Shown: positions 40,601 to 54,339, counted from the first letter of the stretch. The stretch: 64,000 nt of DNA from Phoronis australis (GCA_002633005.1 NMRA01000091.1:767820-831819), one strand, 5' to 3'. The notes: generated from the letters alone by a model not told the origin. A program made the numbers and translations.

Positions 40601-43600
40601 CATTTAGATCAAGTTCAAAAACTTTTGGCCCAAAAACAAAACAAGCCAAAAGTATGCAGACATTATGTCCTGGAATTCCACGTCATGCCAGAGAATGAAG
40701 GGTATTTAATAAGAAACTTGGTAAGGTGGCTAAACCATTCTGCAATTAGAAGTGTGCCCCCATAATAGTTATTACCAGTCACTTTTGCTATAAACAGAAT
40801 TATCCCCCATGACAGGGAATAGTATTTTGACATCTGATTACTTATGTCTTGTGCAATATAAACTATAAAGAGACTTAGTAAAGAGACTTAATCAACAGAT
40901 GCATAAGCTATAAATTTACTACAGCACCACATTTTGCCTCTCCCAAGTTGCAGCAGTTATAAACTGCGACAGGTAAAATATAATTTGATTTGGTCAAAAT
41001 GACCGTAATTATCTAAGTGAGACCATAGAACCATACGCAAATCATAAATCTGGATCAAAAATAACTCAGTTGGCAAATTTGGCAAGGGGTATATTTCAAA
41101 GCAATTTAGGTGGCATACCAGCTTCGTTCATAACACATGGAATCAGATCAAAAGCGTAGTCTGCTCACTAACACACATGATCAATGCTCAGTAGCTCACA
41201 TCACCCCTAAAATCCACTACAAAATTTCTGGGAGTATTTCAATCACTTACAGAAAAATGTCTTTTGAAAACAAGACTTCATAACACTTAATCATCAACGA
41301 CAGCCTACCGCTACTTCTGAGGTAATTAGTTAAGAGTGATTTCGTCACATCACTGCCTGCTCATTAGGTGTTTAATAAGACAATTATAGTCTACGCTACA
41401 TCTTATTTGTCATTTGTCAAAATCCTTTTGACACAAAAGGATTTTAAAAAAACTTCACTAACAATCCATGGAACACTAACCTGTATCTTATCAATACTGA
41501 GCTCCCCTAAGATCTTAGCACAGAGTTCCTGACAACCGATGTTGGCCTCGGCATTCGCCACCATTGCAGAGAGGCGAGAAAAATTCAAGTACAGCTCCCT
41601 CCATGTTTTCATCAATGTCTTAACTGTTGCCGGGTGAATCTCGTTGTTCAGCAAGTGCATGATGGGATACATCAACGAGACGTACATACAGTCAAAGTTA
41701 TGTTCGAGAGAGTCACCCTGGTTGACTTCATTCGTCTGAAGACAAGATGGTTCCAAATATAAGACAATTAAGCAAGACTGGAGATAAATAATCAATAACT
41801 AAACTAAGACACATTCAGAATGCGTTGACTCGAAATTGAAATTCGGAACTTTTTCCATCGTAAAAATCTTGAAATCAAACAATTTAAAAGTTAATTTACC
41901 CTTAACTTGAGTTTGAACAGAACATTTGGAGATGTAGTCTTAAGGGTTTGTTACTAAGACGTCTATCGAGAAAGAGTTTAATGTCTCAAGCAGTAGTCTC
42001 GCAGACTAATAATCTAAAGCCCGAGCTTACCTGCATGATATGAAGAAGTAATGGATTGACAATCATGCTCCATATCCGCCATAGTGAATCAGCATTTTTC
42101 ACCTTGTCTCCAACCTTCTCCAACAGATGGAGTAGCGACTGACAGAAAGAAAGACAGGTAACTGTGTTTTGCATGCCACTGGCAACCAACGATTCGAGGA
42201 TGGAGAAAAATCTGAAAGGAGAGAATACTTTAACTGACGACAAATCAAGGGTTCCATGAAAAGACTTTTACATTTTGCTTGACTTTAATTTCCAACAACT
42301 GGCATTTATGAAGAAACCATGAGTTTAGTTTAATTCAATGTGTATGACAAATTTTAACTACAAAACAGGCATTCTGACATTGGGCGACTTAACCAAACAT
42401 GGTAATGGTGAGAGTACGTAAAAGACGCTGCTGTCAACAGCTAAAAGCGCCCATCACATACTCTGGTCTGAGAATATACTTTGCGTTATTGAAAGAGATC
42501 TCAGTAGCTGACAGGTTTATATGGTAGAACAATGTAGAAAGAAATTTGTAAACATATATCATTTTACCAAATGAAAACATGCCAAGGGAAATTACCTTTC
42601 CTGTCCGTCGCATGCAGCAACAAAGTGCGGTTCAAGTAAAAGGCCAGATAAAAAGAGACTGGGTGTTCCCTGGAAAGAAGTCAACTCTGTTAGTAATAGA
42701 AACATTTGTTTAGTCAACTCTGTTAGTAATAGAAACATTTGTTTAATAAACAATCATGTACATCAATGAAAAACTGTACACACGAGAAGACCTTACAAAG
42801 CAAGTTATTGAAAAGGTATATTTTGGCCTTGATAACTGATTGATAAGAACCTTATCTTGTGACATCAGACAGCACAATGTTATCAAAATATCAATATGCA
42901 TTCACTGAGAGATCATTGCTTTTCTCATTTATCATTTCATCATCAGATACTTTAAAAAATAGAATGAATACTAATATTTTTTGTTGAAAATTGGAAGAAA
43001 AATTATTGTGTTCAGCTAATTTGCGTCAAATTACTTTAATTTTCAAAGTTCGATAAAACATGATCATTCTGACATGGTTTTGGTCACTTTAAAAGACAAA
43101 GTTGGGTAAAATGCATATTGGGACTAGTTCATTATAAATGTTGTAGCCCAAGTGGAGCCCCTACACCATCACGTGTCAGTGTACTTACATGCATAACAGC
43201 AGCACCGACATGATGGGCCTGCGAACACAGCACCTTGGCAGGCAAGCACGTGATGGCTTCAAACAATTTCTGAAAAAATAAACAACTAAGTCCAGCAAAA
43301 AGTAAGAAATCTTTCTCTCGTAGTGAGCTGACAGCCCAAAGTTTGTTAATATCAGGCGTTTTTAGTGGGGTGCGTAATTCACACATAAAAAGACACATAG
43401 ACATATAAGTAAAATAAATAACCTAGCATTAACAAATTGAAAATATCACTTTGTCTTGAGTACACGTTATAAAATCTAAATTTTACCAAATGTGTTCACC
43501 ACTACAACTAAATACATGTGGCAGAACTAACAAAGTGGATGACACAATGAGATGTTCAACCTCCTGCAACATTGGGACTACTCAGTGAACTGCAATGTAA

Positions 43601-46600
43601 AGAACAGCAAAAACATCACATCACCTAGCTTGCAGCGCTCATCTTATACCACAAACCTAGAACGCCATGACTCGATACCAAATCGACAAATTGCTCACCA
43701 GTGATTTGCTTGTGCTTAGACATTCACTCATCAGCACCAAGTGGAAGTTCTTCAAAAATGCCGTGAACAGCTCCACAGTCTCCCTCTTGTGGGGCAATTC
43801 CAGAACATTCTTCACATGTGCCATTAACGAGTACCACAGGTTGAACAGGAGCTCCTCTAAAACAAGGCAGACGGGAACCAATTAGAAAATAGTTACTTAT
43901 TTTTGTCCGACCAGAGTCCAACTTATTTCCAAACAGCCGGATGAAAATTCGTGACCAATGCTGTACCTAATGAATCCAAAGTGTATTAAATTTGTAATAA
44001 CAAGGTTATGCTACAAACAATAAATTCAAAAAATATGGCATCTATAACCATTGAAGAATAAATCAACTTCATTTTTCGTTTTCACAACAAATTAATGTAC
44101 ATACCATTCATTTCATCTCCAAATGTGACTATTGCCTCACGAACAGCCAATAAGAACGATTCATAATACTTGGTAAGGAAAGTAGGCCCGGTGATGACAT
44201 CACTCTGCAAGGGTTCTACAACAACAGATCAGTGTTGCATAAATAGGACTTCCCTCTCCTTTGAGATCATTAGTATAGCAATAAGAATTCTCTCATTTAA
44301 CGCATTTGAGCTAATTTTTAAGTAGATTCATCAAAATCTAACATACAGGGTGTCTAAAAAATTTACCCACACTTAAAACTATAAAATAAATGCATTAACT
44401 GTCTTTGAATTTCTCGGACTCTTTTCAAGTTTCCCGTATCATTGCGCAAGAAAGATTTTGAAATTCATCCTGCAAAATTGAATAGCTTGTTTGCAATCCT
44501 CGTGCGTATACACTGTGTGGTAGCTCACGTGCTTACTCTCACAACAAGTTGTAACCATGCAGTGAGCCTTGTGTGCAGTCTGATCCACAGCAACTGAATC
44601 TGAGAATTCACGCATTGTACTTAAGTGTGAACACATTCTTAGGGACACCCTGTATATACAAAATGATTTTAAAGATTTGAACGCGCGTAGCTAACACCTG
44701 CCACTTCGTTACCTTTAATTCACTTGACTAATTAATGACGACGATTTGTCTTACCCAACTGGAAGGTGTATGATGTCATGGTGTTAACACCCTTGCAGCC
44801 TCCGAGAAAGTAGGCTAGACACTCGCTCCCACACATCTTGACTGAGCGGAACGCACACGGCGTCGTAGCTCCTGGGGTCAGTGAGAGGCGTGGAGTGGCG
44901 GCAGGACTGAGTAGCGATACATTCCCTGAGACAAAAAATTTCAGGTTATGTAGGACTTTATCGACAAGTTTGTATTTAGCTAGATGTCTTCAAAATCTAA
45001 GCCTATATTTTCTAAAAGTAGAAAGCCTGTATTTTTGTTTTTTACCAATCTGCCATTAATAGAGTCACACGACCAAGTCTTTTTACAGAAATTTAGCAAA
45101 AAAAAACTTAAGGTATATTCACAGCAAAAAATGGTATCAAAAACATGACCAAAGTATGTTTGACATGAATGTTCACGACGTTATCTAAAAACACAGGTTA
45201 CTTTTCAAAATTGTCATTTAGGTCCAGGAAAAATGTCCAAATTTGGCTAGCTTAGAAATGTCTGCTTGCTAATGAACAACAGGAACTAAATGACAATGCT
45301 ACTTGAACATCACCAACATTAAACAAAGTGCAGTTGTATTCATTGACAACTTGCAATGTGAAAACAAAAAAAATTGCAAATAGGTGACCTCTGCACTAAT
45401 GACGTACCTTGGGGGCTTACATACAGTGTTATTCCTCAACACCACATACTTACTAGACACGGTCGAGTGATTTAAAGCGCGTCATTTTCAACACAAAACT
45501 CGTTCTTAAAAACATTAGGCAATGTACTTCATATTCACATCGTCACTATATTGTGTTTCAAACTACTTTGACCAAGCAATCACAGAGATAAGTAGTTAGC
45601 TTGCAAGCTCCACTTTAAATAAAAAAGGAACAGGCCCCTGGTCACAGTTTGACCAAAAACATGAAATGTTCAAAAGAGGATTGAAATGCAGAGGCAGTAA
45701 ATATTACCTCAAACTCCACAAAGTTCACAACAAACACCAGGTTCAATTCCGACACTCTATACATGACATACCTAACCGTGACATCTTTGGAGTGGACAGC
45801 ACAGCTGGAAGTTTATTTGCAGGGGAGTTGTTGCTGCCCGATGTAACGGTCGAACCGAAACAGAAGTACAATAGGGGTGCACATACCTGCAACACAAATA
45901 TTCAAACTGTAACACCTGGAACATGTTAAAGAGTCACTGTAGAGCAGTCGCCGGATTAGGGACAAACAGATAAGACATCAATTAACATTAATTTCTTTTA
46001 AACACAATTGTCAAGATTTCTAACCGTTCACTTGCTTCAGCCTCATTGCTAGGCAATTTAATTTTTCACACAAATTCATTAGTTTTCAAAAAGTTGACGA
46101 AATTTCTTTTTATGGAAAATTGTTGAAATTTTAACCTAAAAATTTGCGACTAGTTTTCAACTGATTAAGTGCCAGTTTTGTTCAATTTCCTTCTGGATTT
46201 TTTGCCAAAAGTTGATGAGGTCAGGCTGATTTCAAGGAAAACTTTTTGGAAAATTACTGCACCTTGAACGCAAATGGACTAAACTTTGGAAAAAGATGTA
46301 AGTTCAACAACAGTTTTAGGAAACTATCTGAATAATACCGTTTTGTTTCAATCAAACAGCAATCAAACAAGAATTCTGACTTGCCCTTCAAACAGTATCA
46401 GAGTTCTGAACTCAATTTTTGTCACTCCCATGGTATTTAACAACATTAAAACAAATAGCTACTTTTGACTACCACTTTATGACAGACAACTTACAGCTTC
46501 AAAGTTCTCCGATGCTTTATTTCCCAATTTCTGAATGTAGTGCCACCAAGCCTTCACTTTAGCCAAAGCTACTTTCTCAGTCTTGGCACTGGCCGATCGG

Positions 46601-49600
46601 AATACTTGCATCACCAACTTCACTCTCTTGGGATCTGACAATATTGCTGTAACAAAGGGAGGCACCACGACAGGTCAACAAAATGATCTTATACAAACAA
46701 CTAAGCTTTAAGAACAGCAAGCAAGCAATGAGTCACAAACCACTCACTAGGTGGCATCAATGAAGAAAGGGCCTCACAACCGTTAAACAGCTAGCTAAAC
46801 AGGGCGAAATGTGGCTAAAACTATGATGGAGGTGCTGGTTCGATAACGGGCACACACTTGTATTTTTACAGGCCGGAGTGTTCCTCCATGCATATCATCA
46901 ACAGCCCTTTCACATATCTCAAAACAAGGTCTTCAAAACAAAGGAAAAAGTCAAGATGAAATCTTTAGGCCATAATGAACTTGTTGAACCTTCAGCCATG
47001 CACACCATGGCTTACAGCAACAGACGAAGCCATCTTCAAAAATCTCGATTTTAGCTTGTCATACATTTTTACAGACTGGAGGCGTCTTTAAGTACAATAC
47101 GTTACTATTCATATCTTAGACAAAAACATCAAGGATGGACTGGTATTCATTGACTGTTGCAGTGTCAAAATTTTCAGCTGCAAACTCCATATATCTCAGT
47201 ACGAGGTGACATAACCTAACAATTGTGGTACAGAGCTTTAAAAACCAAGTCCATTCTAATTTTTGTCTTCGGAGGTTATTCTGAGTTTAAAGTCAAATAC
47301 ATGGCATTTGTGAAAAAGAAACATACTGGGATTTGTGGCAAAATTATCGATGAGCTTCGTCCAAGCTGTAAATGCCTCAACGCGAACATCCTGGCTTGAA
47401 CTCTTGAACCCTCGTTCGACAACAGGAAGCAGGAGGTTGATGAGAGAGCCATGGTGCAGCACCTTGCCAAGAATATGCACCAAGGTGGCCCACACCTTGA
47501 GAGCAAACAGCTCATGTCCTGCCATGAGGGATGACAATTCATCCACCATTCCCTGCAATAAGACTACTTGGTTACACTCATGCAGCCTAAGGTTTTGTGA
47601 CTGAACAAAACATCTACAAAAACTACAAAATTTCACTTAGTAAATGGATATATTATCTTACTTACAGAAAGCATGCAGAACATTTTAATCTCCCAGCTAT
47701 AAAACAGTATCAAGAACATTATCAAATATCTTTAGAAATAGTTCCAAGCTGAAATCTCAAAATCATAGATACACTTTTTACTAGCAAACAGGATATCACA
47801 GTATATGTTTTTATACCAAAGAATCTATCCACAACCCGCCTATGTCTAGTTACCTTCTTCAGATTACTGGCCAATGATTTCGATATCTCCTCCTGATGCA
47901 GCTTGATGGCACTCAAGCTAGTCTCCACAGTGACAAAAGCTTTCTCTCGTAGCTTGGCTGCTCCATTGGTTACCATGGGAATGACAAGCTTGGACCACCT
48001 GACCACGTGTTTAAACACCTGCTTGGGAACTTGCTGAAGCAGTCTACAAAAAGAAGACTAGTTTCACAAACAAACAGCAGTCTGAAGGATGCAGACTAAT
48101 TATTGCACTTATAACCAATTGTTTGCATTTTCAGCCTGTTTTCAAGTTTTATATTACCTAACTATAAAAATTACTTTCAAGCAAAATAGTACCAACGACA
48201 GCTAGCTGCATTTGCTTCTGTAGTCAGTAAAACTAAGCAAAGAAATTAACAGAGATGCTATTTTTGCTGACAAAAGCTGTGATCCTGCATAGAGAGACAC
48301 GATGTGTAAGTCAACACCATTATACAGAGCACACAGTGAATATGCAAACATTTAAAAATCAAACCTCTGAATGACATTTAAGGCCTCAAACTTGACAGCG
48401 AGAGAATTAAACTGGTTGTTACTCAGTGTATGTTCAATGGCACACAGGATAGGATGAACCTACAAGAACAATTTGGGAAAACATAAGAGAAAAAGGTTAA
48501 CAAGTACTAAAACTAATGAACACATTAGACACTTAGACATCAAACAAATTATTCAGCATAGAAATTACATTCATTTCTCAAAACAAACTTGGTCTCAAAG
48601 TCATAAAGTTTATGCAAGCGACAATTTTTACAACTCTATCAGAAACACACAGACCATGTACTCGACAAACTGTCGATGACCGTGGAAGGGACCCTTAATT
48701 TTTTTCAAGATTCACTGCAGAGAATAAAGTCATTTCTGAAAGATCAGTTTTGATACCTAAAAGCTCTTTTGAATGTAAACACCCAGCCTTTCTAGCAAAA
48801 CCTGAACTTGTATGAGATTTAGGTACGATTTGATGAGCGACAAAACAAGAAAATTTAGGACATCATCAGGAACAAACCTGAGCAGCAAGTATTTCCACAG
48901 GAAACGTCTGCACTGATAGTACCCATAATGCCCTGGTACTTGTAGTCTTGTCTGCTGACTTTAGCAGTGCATTACACACGGTGGATATAATTCCAGATAG
49001 TTCAAAAGGAGAAAGAGAGCTACAGAAAAAGAGAAATCCGAATTAGTGTTCACAATATCAACAATAAAAACAACATCAAAATTAAACTCCTGGATAAAAA
49101 AAGAGTTCCTAGCAATTGTTTGTAATACAATGCCAATTTCAGTCTATTCAATATGTTCATTTGTATTAAAGGCCTCTGGCCCAAAGTTCAATAATCAAAA
49201 AAAAATCATACACATTGATTATCACCAAATATCGCAAGCAGTGGAGGCAGATCTTTAAAGTAGTTTTCTAAAGCACTTTCTTGAACTAAGTGCCAAGAAC
49301 GCCTCATTGGCGATTACCACAACCCCTGAACCAGGAGTAGTTTGCAAAATATGTTGATTATTATTGATCAGATAATTACCGAGCTTCACAAGAAATATTT
49401 CGGACTCGATGCTCTAACAAGCCACAGTTTTATGCAGATTTCCTTCACAAAATTTGCCATATCACTATACACAAAGATGAGATTTCTTTATTTTTAAAAC
49501 CATTTCAATGTATTTACCTCCGGCTAATTTCAGCCATACCAGTGCAACCTGAGCAAACCTACCTTGCCAGTTGGTTGTCATTGGCAACACAACCAAAGGC

Positions 49601-51021
49601 ATGCAGAGCAGCCTGTACAGTGTCACCATCACCATTGGATACATCCCTGTTGAACAGCTGAGACAGTTTGGACAGGTTTTGTTTCAGGACGTCTCTACAA
49701 TCTTCTAGCCCATCCATGAGACATCTGGAACATTTACACTAATACTTTGATTTTCAGAACAATATTTTCGTATAAAAATGACATCTTAGAAGCAAATTGT
49801 TTCAGTTTAAACAAAAAAGAAAAAAACACTATGAAATAAAACAGTGAACAATTCAACTGGGTCACAATCTGCAAGTCAGCTCCACCTGGAGACAGATGAT
49901 GGAAACTTCAAACTATTCCAAAATGTCTCTCAGACTGCAAATTGAAAACAAAAGTTCAACTCATTCAAACTAATTCGTGATTAAGGGCAATAACATTGTG
50001 TGTACTGCTTACAAAATTTAAATCATAGCATAGAAAGAAATTAGTATATACAGTACTTAATTTTCAGAAAAAAGATCCCTCAATTAAGAACGTAGAGCAC
50101 CACATATACACATATTTAGTCCCATGCACCAACAGCAAAACTGTGCTTGGATACAAAATTAGGCACATGCGCCAACGTACCAAACACTTCCCTGTATAAA
50201 GAGGGAAGAGAAAATTTAAATGTTACATGCGAGTGAAACTTGAATTATCCATCACGAAATGGTACAAGATACCACATAGGCTGCTCAACTTAATATTAAA
50301 TAATAAATGAAATGCATTCTGTAATATTCTGATATTACGAAGTCAGAATATAAGACTTGCTGTGTCAAATACTTTATTGGAACTAACTAAATTCACTACA
50401 AGGTGGCTCATATAGAACAATGACTAAGCAACATGCAATTCTTACAATGGAAGTGGTAATACAATATATATAGAACTTCCTTTACTCAGAATCAATTAAA
50501 CTATAGTCTTGCACTAACTGGTATGCGTGAGTAATATATCTGTTGTGTTTATCAAAACATTACATATTCAATGTACAAAAACACTGACACAAAACACTAT
50601 CAAAAAATTATATTTTAAAAAGCCTTACTTGAGATATATGAACATGGGCCTAAATACACACAGATATACAGTAGAGGAATTTGTTTTTCAAAGTCAAATT
50701 GTTAACTAAAACAGAACAAGTCTTAAGGACGGTGTGTTAAGTTGCACTGCATGCAACTCTCAAAGAACATTTGGCAAATTTTTTAGCATTTGCAATTAGC
50801 AATGTAGTTAATTATTGAAATTTGGGGAAATGTCACCAATTGCTTCTGCTCAAAAAATAGACACTTTACCAAACATAGGTTCCATATTATTTCAAATCCT
50901 CAAGTCACCTTGCGAGTGTTGAATAAGTATCCACTCTGTCTTGTGTTGATATCGCCTTATCAGATAGATGCGCCAGCAGAGGTCCCACTTGTGCAGTGTC
51001 TGGCACACATGTGGCCATCAT
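25609..51021 (-). CDS. RIF1: Telomere-associated/replication-timing protein RIF1, about 29 coding exons
   Basis: Exons (some approximate): 51021-50909, 49724-49563, 49019-48878, 48459-48365, 48043-47854, 47552-47327, 46646-46495, 45886-45772, ~44925-44755, ~44217-44105, ~43857-43698, ~43269-43189, 42669-~42596, ~42211-42031, ~41735-41481, ~40550-40451, ~40148-40019, ~39711-39506, ~39112-38883, ~38539-38434, ~38131-37841, ~37418-37213, 35932-33146, 32880-32734, ~31127-31026, ~29851-29676, ~28602-28390, ~27702-27619, ~25988-25609. HEAT-region motifs (TRALWVLSVQTFP, FEALNVI, RWSKLVIP), SPSASPSCSILKK, RRVSFAEP, and VYPDLVDC..LTSSMWSRGLGTLIRARNIRTIGDL..LPIKSPK all match vertebrate RIF1. Confidence 0.96.
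26319..26813 (+). mobile_element. 495-bp hAT-like element nested in a MITE, in the last RIF1 intron
   Basis: TIR CAGGGCTTGGAAT / ATTCCAAGCCTTG; flanks TAAGGT/TAAGAT; close homologue at 36602-37101. Confidence 0.85.
27296..27588. mobile_element. MITE with 14-bp TIRs
   Basis: ATGGTTTGCACAGA / TCTGTGCAAACCAT; flanks AATAT/AATAC. Confidence 0.6.
28749..28930. mobile_element. MITE with perfect 14-bp TIRs
   Basis: AATTGACCTATCGC / GCGATAGGTCAATT. Confidence 0.7.
29412..29660 (+). mobile_element. 249-bp element with the same TIRs but a different interior
   Basis: CAAGGCTTGGAATGACCAATGAC ... AAAATTCCAAGCCCTG; flanks GTAGAT/GAAGAT. Confidence 0.78.
31520..32370. mobile_element. TIR element spanning the assembly gap
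   Basis: ACCGTATTTATCCACCTT (31520-31537) / AAGGTGGATAAATGCGGT (32353-32370), 17/18 inverted match. Confidence 0.6.
31667..32162. other. Assembly gap (496 N)
   Basis: Run of N. Confidence 1.
33146..35932 (-). CDS. RIF1: RIF1 giant exon (2787 nt, 929 codons) encoding the disordered region and ending with the SILK motif
   Basis: Lies within ORF 33032-35950. Acceptor ttttcag just upstream of 35932 and GT donor after PPNK at 33146. S/K/E-rich with many SP and SQ sites. Confidence 0.93.
36602..37101 (+). mobile_element. Second copy of the ~500-bp hAT-like element
   Basis: Same TIRs; perfect 6-bp TSD TAAATA at 36596-36601 and 37102-37107. Confidence 0.88.
44346..44652. mobile_element. Tc1/mariner-type MITE
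   Basis: TA|CAGGGTGTC ... GACACCCTG|TA. Confidence 0.8.
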
Positions 51022-51699
51022 TTTCAGGCCCTGAAAATATCAACTGTGTAATTAAAATAGTTAGCCACACGAGTCACTATATTTCCTTCTGGCGCATGAA
51101 GCTCCTTTAGGTTAGGAGCTACACCATCCCTATTGTGCAGCTAGAGACAGTGGTTACTGTCTATAGTCTCCTGCAGTGGGTACCGATGGATACATGCCGT
51201 TTTAAACGGCTTGAATTTATGACAAGGTGAAAACTTCTTGCGCCACTTAAAATACAAGGGGCTTAAATTAGTATATTGTGGTCAGGGGAGTCCGATCGCC
51301 AGTAGAGTAGTCGTCAGTACAGTAGTCCGTAAACTAGTATGTGATAAACTAGCGATTGCAATTGCCGCTGGGTTTATGGTAACGGAAACGCAATAGCTCA
51401 AAATCAAATTGAAATTTTAACTCATATATAGCGAGGCACAGTTAGCCCGTTCAACCTTTTGTAAGGGCAAATAGACTAAACTGACGACTAATAACTCTTT
51501 CCGAGTGAACTCAAAGCGAATCCTCCGACCGGGCTCAGTTGTGACCAGCCTGCCACAAGGTCCCTGTTTGCAATTGTCTCGAAACAAAACCGCAAAACGT
51601 ATAATTGGAGGAGATTCTGGTGTGAAAATACACCACCTTTTCTATAGACCTCACCTTTGATGACAGATTTGCGACAGAGACACGATATCCTATTGTTTT

Positions 51700-51800
51700 T
51701 AATAAATAGATCGCGATCTCAGACGCAAAATTTCGCGCGAAACGTCCTCACCCGCGCCAACATTAGATAGTTCTGATTGGATCATGTAGATCACATGGGT
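51700..51800 (-). promoter_or_regulatory. Putative RIF1 core promoter with palindromic E2F-type site TTTCGCGCGAAA, AGATCGCGATCT palindrome and CCAAT box; duplicated at ~53330-53420
   Basis: Motifs read directly. They lie just upstream of a candidate non-coding exon ending AAAG|GTGAGG (~51655), which could splice to the acceptor at 51031. Confidence 0.55.
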
Positions 51801-52511
51801 CGGAAGCGAATAATTATGTCAGAAGGTCAAAGTTTAGAGGGGAAATGGACTTTGGAACAGCAAAGATCATTTTCATGGGGCTAAACACTGTTAAAGCCAT
51901 TAAAGAATTCGTAAATACGCAGGTTTGTGGAGAAGTTGGTCTGAATTTTCAGGAAAGCAAGAGCTTTGACTACTTTTCACAATTGCATCTGCAGTATTGT
52001 TTGCCAGTAAATTGCAGACAAACGGTAACGCACGTTTCACAGGAGTTGTCTATGGTGATCAGCTGATTCAACGAGCTGTCAGTCACCAGGTTCTGCTTCG
52101 ANTAGAAGATACCACATAGGCTGTTCAACTTAATATTAAATAATTAATGAAATGCATTAAAGATCAATGTACAAAAACACTGACACAAAACACTATCAAA
52201 ACATTCTATTTGTTAAAGCCTTACTTGAGACATATGAACATGGGCCTAAATAGACACGGATATACAGTAGAGGAATTTGTTTTTCAAAGTCAAATTGTTA
52301 ACTAAAACAGAACAAGTCGGATGGTGTGTTAAGTTTTGCACTGCATGCAGCTCGATCTCACAGAACAACATTTGGCAAATTTTTGAGCAATTGCAGCTAG
52401 CAATGTAGTTAATTATTGAAAATTTGGGGAAAATGTCACCAATTGCTTTTGCCCAAAAAATAGATACTTTGCCAAACATAGATTCCGTATTATTTCAAAT
52501 CCTCAAGTCAC

Positions 52512-52624
52512 CTTGCGAGTGTTGAATAAGTATCCACTCTGTCTTGTGTTGATATCGTCTTATCAGATAGATGCGCCAGCAGAGGTCCCACTTGCGCAGT
52601 GTCTGGCACACATGTGGCCATCAT
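52512..52624 (-). CDS. RIF1: Second copy of the RIF1 first coding exon (MMATCVPDTAQVGPLLAHLSDKTISTQDRVDTYSTLAR)
   Basis: Near-identical to 50909-51021 with intact splice sites. Lies in duplicated block 52106-53727, which is joined to 50266-52101 by a single N at 52102. Confidence 0.7.
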
Positions 52625-54339
52625 TTTCAGGCCCTGAAAATATCAATTGCGTAATTGAAATAGTTTGCCACACGAGTCACTGTATTAACCTGTATTTCCT
52701 TCTAGCGCATGAAGCTCCTTTAGAGGTTAGGAGCTACACCATCCCTATTGAGCAGCTAGAGACGGTGGTTATTGTCTATAGTATCCTGCAGTGGGTACCG
52801 ATGGATACATGCCGTTTTAAACGGCTTGAATTTATGACAAGGTGAAAACTTCTTGCGCCACTTAAAATGCAAGGGGCTTAAATTAGTATATTGTGGTCAG
52901 GGGAGTCCGATCGCCAGTAGAGTAGTCGTCAGTACAGTAGTCCGTAAACTAGTATGTGATAAACTAGCGATTGCAATTGCCGCTGGGTTTATGGTAACGG
53001 AAACGCAATTAGCTCAAAATCAAATTGAAATTTTAACTCATATATAGCGAGGCACAGTTAGCCCGTTCAACCTTTTGTAAGGGCAAATAGACTAAACTGA
53101 CGACTAATAACTCTTTCCGAGTGAACTCAAGAAAATTCAAAGCGAATCCTCCGACCGGGCTCAGTTGTGACCAGCCTGCCACAAGGTCCCTGTTTGCAAT
53201 TGTCTCGAAACAAAACCACAAAACGTATAATTGGAGGAGATTCTGGTGTGAAAATACACCACCTTTTCTATAGACCTCACCTTTGATGACAGATTTGCGA
53301 CAGAGACACGATATCCTATTGTTTTTACTAAATAGATCGCGATCTCAGACGCAAAATTTCGCGCGAAACGTCCTCACCCGCGCCAACATTAGATAGTTCT
53401 GATTGGATCATGTAGATCACATGGGTCGGAAGCGAATAACTATGTCAAAAGGTCAAAGGTTAGAGGGGAAATGGACTTTGGAACAGCAAAGATCATTTTC
53501 ATGGGGCTAAACACTGTTAAAGCCATTAAAGAATTCGGAAATACGCAGGTTTGTGGAGAAGTTGGTCTGAATTTTCAGGAAAGCAAGAGCTTTGATTACT
53601 TTTCACAATTGCATCTGCAGTATTGTTTGCCAGTAAATTGCAGACAAACGGTAACGCACGTTTCACTGGAGTTGTCTATAGTGATCAGCTGATTCAACGA
53701 GCTGTCAGTCACCAGGTTCTGCTTCGAGGGCTGCATAGTCTAAAAATATAATTTTTATATTTCAAGGCACTTTTCAAGCAATTTAATTTTAAAAGAACAT
53801 TAACAAAATTGTTAATGAGCAGAATGCTCCTTGAACGTTAGCGAGATTGAGCTTACAGGATTACTGACGACAGATTACTGTACGTATGTTTTAGGCCTAC
53901 TCAGATATTAGACAGTGACCACACCGTCCTACTGCGGAGCCAATAGAGACTGTGGTCACTGTCTGACAAAGATACTGGGTAATGGTGACAAATATGCCTC
54001 CCTATAGCCCCACCAATTCACCTTTCTCGGTAAATGTAGTTAATATCGTGGGTACCAATACTTTCTAGGCAAAGCATATACTCTCCTTGCGACGTTATTC
54101 TTGCTTAAAACAGCCAGTGTTGCACAAATACGAACAAATTTCCCGTACTCGATTCTCTTGCGTGTCACGCCATTTTTGAAAGTAAGAGAACGCAGCAAAT
54201 GACTATACAAGATTGTATAGTTAAGACTTATACTAAAACCACATTGTAGGCTGCAGTATTACTGAATTCGCTGAACAAGATGATTAAGTGGTTCCCATCA
54301 ACCACACGCTACAAAAGCTTATTTTAACTCAAATTAAAA

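Larger units (their letters stand above)
50266..53727. repeat. Tandem ~1.6-1.8-kb duplication (50266-52101, 52106-53727) covering the RIF1 promoter and first exons
   Basis: High identity with scattered SNPs and indels; copy 2 lacks ~250 bp; single N at 52102. Confidence 0.95.

Noticed and set aside
54021-54175. RIF1 first coding exon
   Set aside because: ATG GCG is followed at once by TGA. The homologous N-terminus is at 51021-50909. At most this is an alternative non-coding exon.
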